A stretch of DNA of 40,511 nt, from contig JAAOYC010000018.1 of NCBI GenBank assembly GCA_018221125.1, positions 1-40,511 on the forward strand. The letters run 5' to 3'. Position numbers and translations under genes: made by a program. The stretch is from Candidatus Woesearchaeota archaeon. GTDB lineage: Archaea > Nanobdellota > Nanobdellia > Woesearchaeales > WJKL01. Under the pieces are notes generated by a model, which was not told the DNA's origin, ran no database searches, and saw only the letters and a list, made by a program, of their open reading frames with translations. Of the stretch, positions 19,815 to 28,527 are shown piece after piece (the stretch's first letter is position 1; each line of letters opens with the position of its first letter).

Positions 19815-19870
19815 CTTTCGTAATTGCTTCGCAATTACGAAGTGTAAAATCCTTCGGATTTTAACTTTCG
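19815..19870. repeat. Double-hairpin element flanked by CTTTCG direct repeats
   Basis: TTCGTAATTGC-TTC-GCAATTACGAA and TAAAATCC-TTC-GGATTTTA between CTTTCG at 19815 and 19865. Confidence 0.75.
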
Positions 19871-19891
19871 GAATAGCTTCAAAATCAGTGT

Positions 19892-20323
19892 TTATTCCTT
19901 TTTTTCTTTAGCAGTTCCTACTTCTACTTTTGGAAGAGGAATTGGTGAAGGCAGATTAATTAACTGGCTTAATACCAAAGCCTGTACATTGCTTTTGTTT
20001 AATGCAACATTAAGCACAGCTGCCATGATCTCTTTTGGGACTTTTTTGTCTTTTTTCCAGCCATTTACTAATTCTTCTATTTTGGCAGCTTCTCCCAGAT
20101 ACATGATATCTCCTGAAAGTCTTATTGAACCTGCTTTAGGCTCATAACTTGAATTAAAATCAAAAGAGAACTTAGCTACTTTTTGAGAAGAATCTCCTAT
20201 TGAAAGCTTGCTTTCTTCTACATTGACAATAACTATATTATTTTTGATATCTATCTTTCCTTTTAAAATCATATCTTTTCTTTCAACTTTAATTTTTGTG
20301 AAGTTAAATCCTACAATTGCCAT
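19892..20323 (-). CDS. Conserved archaeal hypothetical protein
   Basis: 143-aa ORF with GGTGA RBS; C-terminal LPSPIPLP. Confidence 0.8.
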   Translation of the reverse strand: MAIVGFNFTKIKVERKDMILKGKIDIKNNIVIVNVEESKLSIGDSSQKVAKFSFDFNSSYEPKAGSIRLSGDIMYLGEAAKIEELVNGWKKDKKVPKEIMAAVLNVALNKSNVQALVLSQLINLPSPIPLPKVEVGTAKEKKE

Positions 20324-20485
20324 AATATCACCCTAGTTTAGTTATTTGATATTTTTTGAGTATTAGGCATAGATTTATATATTTTTCCCTATTTCCCCAT
20401 TACATGAGTTCAGTAAGGAAAAACGGTTCATAAGAATTCTTTGGTTTTACTAGTTGATTTTATACTTAATTGGAGGTATACTATA

Positions 20486-21487
20486 ATGAAACACTACAAC
20501 AAAAAAATGTATGAGGTTAAGAAACCAGTTGATTTGAATAATTTGCCAGAGATTAAAGGCTATGATTTTGAAAAAGGGTTTGAGCTAGACAAATTTATAC
20601 AATCATTATCAACTTCAGGAATCCAGGCTGCTAATTTAGGCAGTGCAATAAGCTTGGTCAATGTAATGATAAGGGAAGAAGCTCCAATATTCATGTCTTT
20701 TACAGCAAATATGATTTCTTCTGGCATAAGAGAAATAATTTCTTATCTAGTTAAGAACAAGAAAGTAGCTGTTTTATGCACTTCTGGTGGAGGAGTAGAG
20801 GAAGATGCTATTAAAGCGCACATGCCTTTCAGAGTAGGAGATTTTAATGCAAAAGGGGAGATGTTATTTGATGCAGGTGTTGGAAGAATTGGAAATATCT
20901 ATACAACAAATGAGCATTATTCTTATTTTGAGTTTTTTATCAGGGAGGTTTTTGAGGAATTGCTAAAGCAGAAGAAAAAAGACAAGCTGGCAATAACACC
21001 TTCAAAGATTTGCAGGATGATGGGAAAATTGATTGGAGAGAAAAAAGAATATAATGAGGAATGTTCTTATCTTTACTGGGCTTATAAGAACAGTATTCCT
21101 GTTTACTCTCCTGGAATTATTGATGGGGCAATAGGAGATATTGCTTATTATTTCAGAAAGCAGAATCCTGATTTTGTGATTGATGCTGTTGCAGATCATG
21201 TAAATTTAATTGATTATGTTGTGAACTGCAAAAAAACAGCAGGAATAATATTAGGAGGGGGAATATCAAAACATTATATGCTGAATTCCCAGATTTTTAG
21301 AGAAGGTTTTGATTACAGTGTTTATATTTCAACTGCAACTGAGCATGATGCTTCTGACAGTGGAGGAAATCAGGAGGAGGCAATAAGCTGGGCAAAGATA
21401 AAGCCAAATGCTCCAAGAGTTAAAGTTTATTCAGAAGCTTCAATTGCGTTTCCTTTGCTGGTTGCTGCGAGTTTTGCAAAGAAATAA
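20486..21487 (+). CDS. dys: Deoxyhypusine synthase
   Basis: TANMISSGIR, RIGN, DGAIGD, LGGGISKH, EAISWAK with catalytic Lys; GGAGG RBS before MKHY. Confidence 0.92.
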   Translation: MKHYNKKMYEVKKPVDLNNLPEIKGYDFEKGFELDKFIQSLSTSGIQAANLGSAISLVNVMIREEAPIFMSFTANMISSGIREIISYLVKNKKVAVLCTSGGGVEEDAIKAHMPFRVGDFNAKGEMLFDAGVGRIGNIYTTNEHYSYFEFFIREVFEELLKQKKKDKLAITPSKICRMMGKLIGEKKEYNEECSYLYWAYKNSIPVYSPGIIDGAIGDIAYYFRKQNPDFVIDAVADHVNLIDYVVNCKKTAGIILGGGISKHYMLNSQIFREGFDYSVYISTATEHDASDSGGNQEEAISWAKIKPNAPRVKVYSEASIAFPLLVAASFAKK

Positions 21488-21513
21488 ATAGGATTAGTTT
21501 TTTTATTTTACTT

Positions 21514-22335
21514 ATGCAGCACTTGAAATTAATTAAGGATATAAATAAACTAGAAGAAACTCTTAAAGAGCAGATTAAAGATATTTTTTCTAAAGGAGAT
21601 AGAGTTGCTGTTAAGCTGCATATGGGAGAAGCAAAGAATAAATATTATCTTAAGCCAGCGATAATCAAAAGAATTGTTAATGTGCTTAATGAACTTGAGT
21701 TAAAGCCATTTTTGTTTGATTCTGTTGTTTTGTATAGGGGAGAAAGAGACACAAAAGAGAAGTACTATAATGTGGCTAAAGCACATGGTTTTACTGAAGA
21801 TAAGATTGGATGTCCTGTTGTTATTTCTGATGAGGGAATTGATGTTAAGACAGAACATCTAGTAATTCATGTCTGCAAGGAACTATCAGAAGCAGATGGT
21901 TTGCTGGATGTGAGCCATGTAAAAGGACATATGTGCTATGGGTTTGGAGGGGCAATAAAGAATCTTGGAATGGGAGGGGTAACGCCAGATTCAAAACATG
22001 ATATTCATACATCAGATAAAGCTGTTAGCGATAGATTATTGGCTGAAGGAGCACAAGCTGTTTTAAGGTCAGTAGGGAAAAAAGTATTTTTTGTTAATTT
22101 TTTGATTAATATCACAAAGGAATGTGATTGCTGCAATAATGCAGGACCTATTGTTGCAGAGGATATTGGTGTGTTGTTTGGCAAAGATATTGTGGCAATA
22201 GATAAAGCTAGTCTTGATTTGATTAACAAGCAAAAACCAGATGTATTTAAGAAGATTCATGAGCTTGACCCTTATTTGCATGTAAAATACGCTGCTGAAT
22301 TGGGATTAGGAGAGGAGAAATATGATATTAGTTGA
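21514..22335 (+). CDS. DUF362-domain protein
   Basis: VAVKLHMGE, SHVKGH, GFGGAIKNLGMG, ECDC, DIVAID. Confidence 0.88.
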   Translation: MQHLKLIKDINKLEETLKEQIKDIFSKGDRVAVKLHMGEAKNKYYLKPAIIKRIVNVLNELELKPFLFDSVVLYRGERDTKEKYYNVAKAHGFTEDKIGCPVVISDEGIDVKTEHLVIHVCKELSEADGLLDVSHVKGHMCYGFGGAIKNLGMGGVTPDSKHDIHTSDKAVSDRLLAEGAQAVLRSVGKKVFFVNFLINITKECDCCNNAGPIVAEDIGVLFGKDIVAIDKASLDLINKQKPDVFKKIHELDPYLHVKYAAELGLGEEKYDIS

Positions 22336-23110
22336 TGTTCATGCTCATCTGGACCATGAAAGATTTAAAAATGATTTAGATGAGGTTATTGAAAGAGCAA
22401 AGCAAGCTGGAGTTAAAGCAATAATTACTTCTGGTGTTAATTCTGCTACAAACAGGCTGATATTGAAGATTGCTGAGAAATATGATATTGTAAAAGCAAG
22501 TTTTGGATTGTATCCAATTGATGCTTTGGCTAAGGAGCTTGAGTTAACTTCTGGTTTTGTTAGAGATATCAAAGAAATAGATGTTGATTCAGAATTGGAA
22601 TGGATTAAAGAGAATAAGGATAAATGCATTGCAATTGGAGAATGCGGGTTGGATTATCATTGGATTACTGGAAAAGAGAAAGAGCAGCAAATGATTTTTC
22701 AGAAAGTGATTGATACTGTTGAGAAGATAAATAAGCCAATTATTGTACATTCCAGGAAAGCAGAATTAGATGCAGTTGAAATGCTGGAAAGCAGCAAGTT
22801 GAAGAAGATAGTCATGCATTGCTTTAGTGCAAAGAAAAGCCTGATTAAAAGGGCTGCTGACAATGGATGGAGTTTTTCTGTTCCTCCTATCATAACAAGA
22901 CTGCAGCATTTCCAGACATTGGTTGAGATAGTTAATATCAACCAGTTGCTGACAGAGACAGATGCTCCTTATCTTTCGCCTTTTCCTGGAGAGAGGAATG
23001 AATCTGCTTTTGTTGCTGAAACTATAAAGAAAATAGCTGAAATCAAAAGAATGACAGAAGAAGATGTTGCAGGCAATATCTACATGAATTATACTAATGT
23101 GTTTTTGTAA
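22322..23110 (+). CDS. tatD: TatD-family nuclease
   Basis: DVHAHL, IGECGLDY, VHSR, MHCF, LTETDAPY. Confidence 0.94.
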   Translation: MILVDVHAHLDHERFKNDLDEVIERAKQAGVKAIITSGVNSATNRLILKIAEKYDIVKASFGLYPIDALAKELELTSGFVRDIKEIDVDSELEWIKENKDKCIAIGECGLDYHWITGKEKEQQMIFQKVIDTVEKINKPIIVHSRKAELDAVEMLESSKLKKIVMHCFSAKKSLIKRAADNGWSFSVPPIITRLQHFQTLVEIVNINQLLTETDAPYLSPFPGERNESAFVAETIKKIAEIKRMTEEDVAGNIYMNYTNVFL

Positions 23111-23143
23111 ACATTTAAATATCAGTTTAACATTTTCTGCTGT

Positions 23144-23458
23144 ATGAAAATCACAATTGATACAAAGGAAGATTCACCAACTGACATAAGGAAAGTTATT
23201 GCTTTGCTTAGCAAGATGGTTGAGGATTCTCCAGAGACTCATTCTAATATATTTGGAGAGTCTGATTCTGGAATTTCAAGCCCAGAAACATCAAGTTCTG
23301 GATCTTCTGGAACAAATGCTTTTGCAAACATGTTTGGAGGAGATGATGATGGATTAGGAGGGACTCCTATTCTTGAGCCGAGCACAGCAAAAGAGGAAGA
23401 TGAGAAAGTAGAAGAGGATAGGGAATCAGAAGAAGCACCAGAAGTTATAGAGTATTAA
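23144..23458 (+). CDS. Hypothetical protein with acidic disordered tail
   Basis: 104 aa; TATA box TTTAAATA at ~23114; first gene of a tight operon. Confidence 0.75.
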   Translation: MKITIDTKEDSPTDIRKVIALLSKMVEDSPETHSNIFGESDSGISSPETSSSGSSGTNAFANMFGGDDDGLGGTPILEPSTAKEEDEKVEEDRESEEAPEVIEY

Positions 23459-23459
23459 C

Positions 23460-23939
23460 ATGGCCAAGATAGATGATGTTAAAAAAGGAGTTGACGAGTT
23501 AAGAGAAAGATTGCTGATTAAAGAGCCTGCGGATTTTTCTATGAGAGATTTGATTAGTGCTTTTTTTGGAGCTTTACTTCTGGGAATTACATTTGCTGTA
23601 AAAGGACTTTTAATTGAAGTAAGCTCTGCACTAGATAACACCCACCTAGCATTGATTGTTGGTTCTACTTTGTTGATATTAACAGCTGAAATATATTTTA
23701 TAGGATACAGCAGAGTAGGAAAGAAATCCAAAAGGAAGTTTGGACAATTTTGGCTGAAAAGATTGGTTGTGTTTTATTTTGTAGCTGTAATCACTTCTGT
23801 ATTCCTAGTTTATCTGTTTGGGCTAAACAAGCTTTCAGAGGTTGGAGTAAATAATTTAGGAGTTTTGAAGTTAGTAGTTCTTATCTCACTGCCTTGTGCA
23901 ATTGGTGCAGCAATAGCAGATTTACTGAATAAATATTGA
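23460..23939 (+). CDS. Membrane protein (DUF2391-like)
   Basis: Four hydrophobic segments, C-terminal AIGAAIADL. Confidence 0.65.
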   Translation: MAKIDDVKKGVDELRERLLIKEPADFSMRDLISAFFGALLLGITFAVKGLLIEVSSALDNTHLALIVGSTLLILTAEIYFIGYSRVGKKSKRKFGQFWLKRLVVFYFVAVITSVFLVYLFGLNKLSEVGVNNLGVLKLVVLISLPCAIGAAIADLLNKY

Positions 23940-23945
23940 TTGAAA

Positions 23946-24374
23946 ATGGAAGAAGGCAAAAAAGGAAAATATAAATTTATTGATGAACTGAAGTCAGACG
24001 TTCTTTTTGAAGTGTATGGAAAAGATCTGAAAGAATTATTTGAGAATGCTGCTGAAGCATTATTTTCTGTTATCTGTCAGCTTGATAAAGTAAAACCAAA
24101 AGAAGCTGAAGAATTTGAAATGAAAGGAGAAAATCTAGAAGGAACTTTCTGGAACTGGCTTTCTGGACTGATTGCAATTGTTGATACTGAGCAGAAATTC
24201 TATTCAAAGTTTGAGATTGAAGAAGTTGACGAAACACATGTCAGAGCTAAGTTATGGGGAGAATCAATAAGGCCTGAGATAGGAGAGACTGTTGTCAAAT
24301 CAATTACTAATTATAGGTTTTCTGTGGAAAAAAAAGGCAAAAGTTATAAAGCAACAATTAGTTTAGATATTTAG
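23946..24374 (+). CDS. Archease
   Basis: YKFID..SDV.FEVYG..L.ELFENAA, VKSIT, C-terminal LDI; immediately upstream of rtcB. Confidence 0.92.
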   Translation: MEEGKKGKYKFIDELKSDVLFEVYGKDLKELFENAAEALFSVICQLDKVKPKEAEEFEMKGENLEGTFWNWLSGLIAIVDTEQKFYSKFEIEEVDETHVRAKLWGESIRPEIGETVVKSITNYRFSVEKKGKSYKATISLDI

Positions 24375-24375
24375 A

Positions 24376-25776
24376 ATGAAAGAGAAACTAAAACAAATTT
24401 CTGAGTATGAATGGATGCTTCCTAAAGAAGGGAAGATGAATGTGTCTGGGTTGATTATTGGCAATAAGGCAATAATTGACGGAATGGAAGATGATATGAT
24501 TGGGCAGATAGTTAATGTAACCCAGATGCCAGGTATTATTGAGCCTGTTATTGCACTCCCCGATGCCCACTTTGGATATGGCCTGCCAATGGGAAGTGTT
24601 GCTGCTTTTGATGCTGAAAAAGGAGTTATTTCAGCTGGGTTATGCGGGTTTGACATTAATTGTGGTATTAATTCCATCAGGACAAATCTTACTGCTGAAG
24701 AAGTTGTTGAGAAGATGGACGAATTAATTTCTGCTTTGTTTGATGCTATTCCTTGCGGTGTTGGAAGCAAAGGAAAATTGAGATTAGATGATAAACAGCT
24801 TGATGAAGTTATGGTCAAAGGAGCAAAATGGGCTGTTGAAAATGGATATGGTGTTAAAGAGGATTTGGAAAGTTTAGAAGAGAAGGGAATGATGGAAGGA
24901 GCAGATACTTCTAAAGTAAGCCCGCTGGCAAAAAAAAGAGGAAAACCGCAGCTAGGAACATTAGGGGCTGGAAATCATTTTCTTGAGATACAGAAAGTTG
25001 CAGATATTTATGATGAAGAATTTGCAAAGAAGTTAGGGATTGTTAAAAAAGACCAGGTTTTGATTATGCTGCACTGTGGAAGCAGAGGATTTGGACATCA
25101 GGTTGCAACTGATTACTTGAAAATACAGGAAGAAGCTGTTAAGAAATATCATATTGAGATTCCTGACAGACAGCTTGCTTGCGCTCCTGTTGATTCAAAA
25201 GAAGGGCAGGATTATTTTGCAGCAATGAAATGTGCTGTTAATTATTCTTTTACAAACAGGATAGTCATGACCCATTGGATAAGGGAAGTTTTTGAGAAAG
25301 TTTTTGAAAAAACATGGCAGGAGATGGATATGCATACTGTTTATGGGATTTGCCATAATGTTGTCAAGCTGGAAGAGCATGTTATTGATGGAAAAAAGAA
25401 AAAAGTCTATGTTCATAGAAAAGGAGCAACCAGGGCTTTTCCAGATATCCCTGTTTTAGTTGCTGGAAGCATGGGGACATCATCTTATATCTGCAAAGGG
25501 ACTGAAACAGCTATGCAGAAAACTTTTGGTTCTAGTTGCCATGGTGCTGGCAGAGCAATGTCAAGACATGGTGCATTAAAACAATTTCGTGGAGAGAAAA
25601 TTCAATCTGAATTAGCTGCAAAAGGAATTACTGCAAAAGCAACTCATCCAAAGTCTCTTGCAGAAGAAGCTCCACTTGCATATAAAGATGTAGAAGATGT
25701 TATTGATAGTGTTGATAAAAGTGGAATTAGTCCAAAAGTTGTCAAAGTAGAACCAATAGGTGTTTGTAAAGGATGA
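24376..25776 (+). CDS. rtcB: RtcB RNA-splicing ligase
   Basis: LPDAHFGYG, DINCG, GNHFLE, HCGSRG, HN, HRKGAT, HGAGR. Confidence 0.97.
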   Translation: MKEKLKQISEYEWMLPKEGKMNVSGLIIGNKAIIDGMEDDMIGQIVNVTQMPGIIEPVIALPDAHFGYGLPMGSVAAFDAEKGVISAGLCGFDINCGINSIRTNLTAEEVVEKMDELISALFDAIPCGVGSKGKLRLDDKQLDEVMVKGAKWAVENGYGVKEDLESLEEKGMMEGADTSKVSPLAKKRGKPQLGTLGAGNHFLEIQKVADIYDEEFAKKLGIVKKDQVLIMLHCGSRGFGHQVATDYLKIQEEAVKKYHIEIPDRQLACAPVDSKEGQDYFAAMKCAVNYSFTNRIVMTHWIREVFEKVFEKTWQEMDMHTVYGICHNVVKLEEHVIDGKKKKVYVHRKGATRAFPDIPVLVAGSMGTSSYICKGTETAMQKTFGSSCHGAGRAMSRHGALKQFRGEKIQSELAAKGITAKATHPKSLAEEAPLAYKDVEDVIDSVDKSGISPKVVKVEPIGVCKG

Positions 25777-26382
25777 TTATTTTAATTCTATAATCTTTCC
25801 TTTTTTTCCAACATTAATAACTTTGGTGTTGCCAATCATTTCTTCAATGCCTTCTGCTTCATGAACATGGCTGCATAATAAAATGTCTGGCTTGAATGCT
25901 TCAACTGCTTTTCTTATTCCTGTTGAGCCTGGAAAGAACTGAGTGAACTTTTCCATTGCTGTTCCAGTTGGATGGACATGAGTTACCATTATTTTTGTTT
26001 TTAATTCTTTAATTCTTTCATGACCTTTTTTCAGCAAATCATAGATTTCCTGTTCTGATAACTGGAATAATCCTATATTTGCTCCGCCTGCTCCAAATAA
26101 ACCAACATCTCCTAATTTGATTGAATAACCATGAAGATTAATAGCATCATACTGCTCTGCTAAAAAATCAGCTGTTGCAATTGTTTCATGATTTCCTGGA
26201 ATCAGAACAACTTTTTTTCCTTTTTTTACAAAAGGACCAACAATACCTTCTGTTGACAATTCTCCAAAAGTCAAATCTCCGCAAAGAACAACCAAGTCAA
26301 CATTTTCTTTTTCTGCTTTTTCTGCTAGAGCTTTAGCTAGAGAAGTGTCTCCATGTATATCGCCACTAGCTAATATTTTCAT
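25777..26382 (-). CDS. Calcineurin-like metallophosphoesterase
   Basis: DIHG, GD, GNHE, THVHP, HVHE motifs. Confidence 0.92.
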   Translation of the reverse strand: MKILASGDIHGDTSLAKALAEKAEKENVDLVVLCGDLTFGELSTEGIVGPFVKKGKKVVLIPGNHETIATADFLAEQYDAINLHGYSIKLGDVGLFGAGGANIGLFQLSEQEIYDLLKKGHERIKELKTKIMVTHVHPTGTAMEKFTQFFPGSTGIRKAVEAFKPDILLCSHVHEAEGIEEMIGNTKVINVGKKGKIIELK

Positions 26383-26419
26383 GTAGAAATAGATGTAATT
26401 TTGATTTATAAACCTTCGC

Positions 26420-26956
26420 TTATATCTTAAATAATTTCCTTAGCTTTAACAATCGAATAAATCTTGGTATTCTTGTTATTATTTTTAATGCTTTTCCAGA
26501 TTTAACAGTCTTTCCAACTATTTTGTGGCTTCCAATAGTAGCATGAGTTGCTTGTTGAGCAGAGGTGGTTAATTTTATAGTTCCCATTATTAATCCTACT
26601 GGAATTAATGCTAACATTTCTAGGAAGTTATTTCTTATAAATAATTTCCATGTTTCTGATTCAAAGAAATTGAAATATAATTCAAAAGCAAAGAATGATA
26701 TTATAATATAATCAATTGTAATCACCCAGATTTCATGATGATGGATAAAATCTCCAAAGACAGTTAGAAAATGCAGTTCATGCAGCCCTATCTTAAGAAG
26801 AAGACCATTAATATCATGGGCAAATTCTCCAACAACTATCAACAATAGAATCAATACTAACCAAGGTATCATGTGTTTTACTATTTTTTCAACAGGCTTT
26901 AATCTGGCTTGATTAAAATTATGAAATTTTGTTTTCCATGACACCTCTTTTTTCAT
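26420..26956 (-). CDS. Membrane protein resembling an isolated S1-S4 voltage-sensor domain
   Basis: FFAFELY (S2-like), NNFLEMLALIP (S3-like), RIPRFIRLLKLRK (S4-like); no pore domain. Confidence 0.6.
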   Translation of the reverse strand: MKKEVSWKTKFHNFNQARLKPVEKIVKHMIPWLVLILLLIVVGEFAHDINGLLLKIGLHELHFLTVFGDFIHHHEIWVITIDYIIISFFAFELYFNFFESETWKLFIRNNFLEMLALIPVGLIMGTIKLTTSAQQATHATIGSHKIVGKTVKSGKALKIITRIPRFIRLLKLRKLFKI

Positions 26957-27000
26957 AACTTTTTAAGAAAACTACTCCTATAAAAATTTTTCTCTTAGAA

Positions 27001-27582
27001 TTATCTTTCCCTTACTTTAACTTCATCTCCTTCAAGATGGACTATCTTAGAAGGTCTTCCTGGTTTTTCTCCTTCATACAGAACAAAACCTATTTTGTGC
27101 CTTATGTTTTCATTGATGTCCAAGTCCAAATCTTCTATTTTTGTCATATAAGGCTCATCTGTGGTATTAACAGAAGTTGTTATGATTGGGATTCCAATCC
27201 ACGCAATTAAACTTGATATCCAATGTTCAGGCATTCTGACTCCTAATGAATTTTTGTTTGGAGCTACTTCAGGAGCAACAGGAGAATCTTTTGTATTTAC
27301 TATCAATGTATAAGGTCCGGGGATTTTTCCAAGCCAGTCTTTTGCTTCTTTTCCTAGCTCACAGTTTTCTTCAACCCATTCTTTTGAAGGAACTATTACA
27401 GAGAAAGGTGTGTCAGGACGCTGCTTTATTTCTCTCAGTTTTTTGACTGCTTTTGAATCTAGTGCATTACAGCCTAGGCCATAGATTGTATCAGTTGGAT
27501 GGATAAAGATTTCTCCGTTGAGAATTCTCTCTCTGATCTCTCCTCTTCTTAGTTTTGCTTCTGCACGAGTTATGACTTGCAT
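27001..27582 (-). CDS. tsaC: L-threonylcarbamoyladenylate synthase (TsaC/YrdC domain only)
   Basis: PTDTIYGL, KQR, PGPYT, GVRMP, TTSVN, PS motifs. Confidence 0.93.
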   Translation of the reverse strand: MQVITRAEAKLRRGEIRERILNGEIFIHPTDTIYGLGCNALDSKAVKKLREIKQRPDTPFSVIVPSKEWVEENCELGKEAKDWLGKIPGPYTLIVNTKDSPVAPEVAPNKNSLGVRMPEHWISSLIAWIGIPIITTSVNTTDEPYMTKIEDLDLDINENIRHKIGFVLYEGEKPGRPSKIVHLEGDEVKVRER

Positions 27583-27649
27583 AGTATATTAAAAATTATT
27601 TTGCTTTAAAAAGTTTGCGTATATACGCCATATACAATAAATTTTATAA

Positions 27650-27685
27650 GAAAAAGAACCTCTTCCCAAAGAGGAAGGGAAGAGG
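27650..27685 (-). terminator. Hairpin plus T-tract, putative terminator of the small-ORF transcript
   Basis: Minus strand CCTCTTCCC-N9-GGGAAGAGG followed by TTCTTTTT. Confidence 0.5.
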
Positions 27686-27780
27686 AGAGGTAGTTTAGCA
27701 GTCTAGGTGTTATAGAATTAGCGTGATTATGCTCAAAAGAATTTCGTCTTTTGGCACCCTAAAAATTGCTATCGCCATTT

Positions 27781-27912
27781 TTATGGAATCCAGCTGTCAC
27801 TGAATTGAATATCAAAGCTTTCCATTCCGCAACTTCTTTTTGTAATTCTTCTTATTTGTTGGTTAAACAAATCTTTTATTGTATCATGGCTTACATCGGA
27901 TGGGTTATACAT
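27781..27912 (-). CDS. Small hypothetical protein (43 aa)
   Basis: Manual translation MYNPSDVSHDTIKDLFNQQIRRITKRSCGMESFDIQFSDSWIP; GAGGTGA RBS upstream. Confidence 0.5.
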   Translation of the reverse strand: MYNPSDVSHDTIKDLFNQQIRRITKRSCGMESFDIQFSDSWIP

Positions 27913-28034
27913 AATGAATCACCTCTCTTGGATTTTTGTAGATAACACTTAAGACACACTTTTTGGAAATTTGAGAAAAACGAATCCCTTGATTCAATCT
28001 CTTTTTCGCATTGTGCGCATGTTATCCATTTCAT
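27891..28034 (-). CDS. Zn-finger microprotein (47 aa)
   Basis: Manual translation MKWITCAQCEKEIESRDSFFSNFQKVCLKCYLQKSKRGDSLCITHPM; two CxxC pairs; TATA box 20-30 bp upstream. Confidence 0.7.
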   Translation of the reverse strand: MKWITCAQCEKEIESRDSFFSNFQKVCLKCYLQKSKRGDSLCITHPM

Positions 28035-28079
28035 ATATTCTTTAGAATCTTTTTCCTTTAAATACTTCACGCGAGCAGA

Positions 28080-28095
28080 TGTCCAGTGACCAGTG
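28080..28095 (-). promoter_or_regulatory. 16-bp motif, copy 2
   Basis: TGTCCAGTGACCAGTG on the + strand; on the - strand 15 bp upstream of TATTTAAAG and 45 bp upstream of the Zn-finger ATG. Confidence 0.75.
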
Positions 28096-28125
28096 GTGTG
28101 TTAAAATGGCTGAGATGTTTGAATT

Positions 28126-28527
28126 TTGATAGTAGAAGACGAGAGAGCACTGGACAAAAAATTTATAAAAAACAAAAAAATTTACTTTTATATGGGAAAT
28201 CCAAGTAAAGCTTTGGTGAAAAAACCTTTTCTTGAAGCTAATTCGGGAGTGAAAAGAAATGATTTTGATCCAGATGCGCTAAAACAACTAATTGGAAGAG
28301 AGGCTGATTGTGATATCCAATCATTAGACAAGCATATATCAAGATACCATGCTGAACTACGGAAGGTAGGGGATAGGCATAACATTAGAGATACTAGCCG
28401 TAATGGGATTTATCTGGATGGAGAAAAGATTGATAAGGATAAATCTTATCTTCTTGAAAATGGAACAAAGATTGAACTTGGGCAGATGGGTGGAGTAAAA
28501 CTAATTTACCATTGCAAGAAATATTAG
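28126..28527 (+). CDS. FHA-domain protein (start uncertain)
   Basis: IGR, ISRYHA, D-TSRNG-IYLDG, L.NG.KIELG: canonical FHA residues. Confidence 0.85.
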   Translation: MIVEDERALDKKFIKNKKIYFYMGNPSKALVKKPFLEANSGVKRNDFDPDALKQLIGREADCDIQSLDKHISRYHAELRKVGDRHNIRDTSRNGIYLDGEKIDKDKSYLLENGTKIELGQMGGVKLIYHCKKY

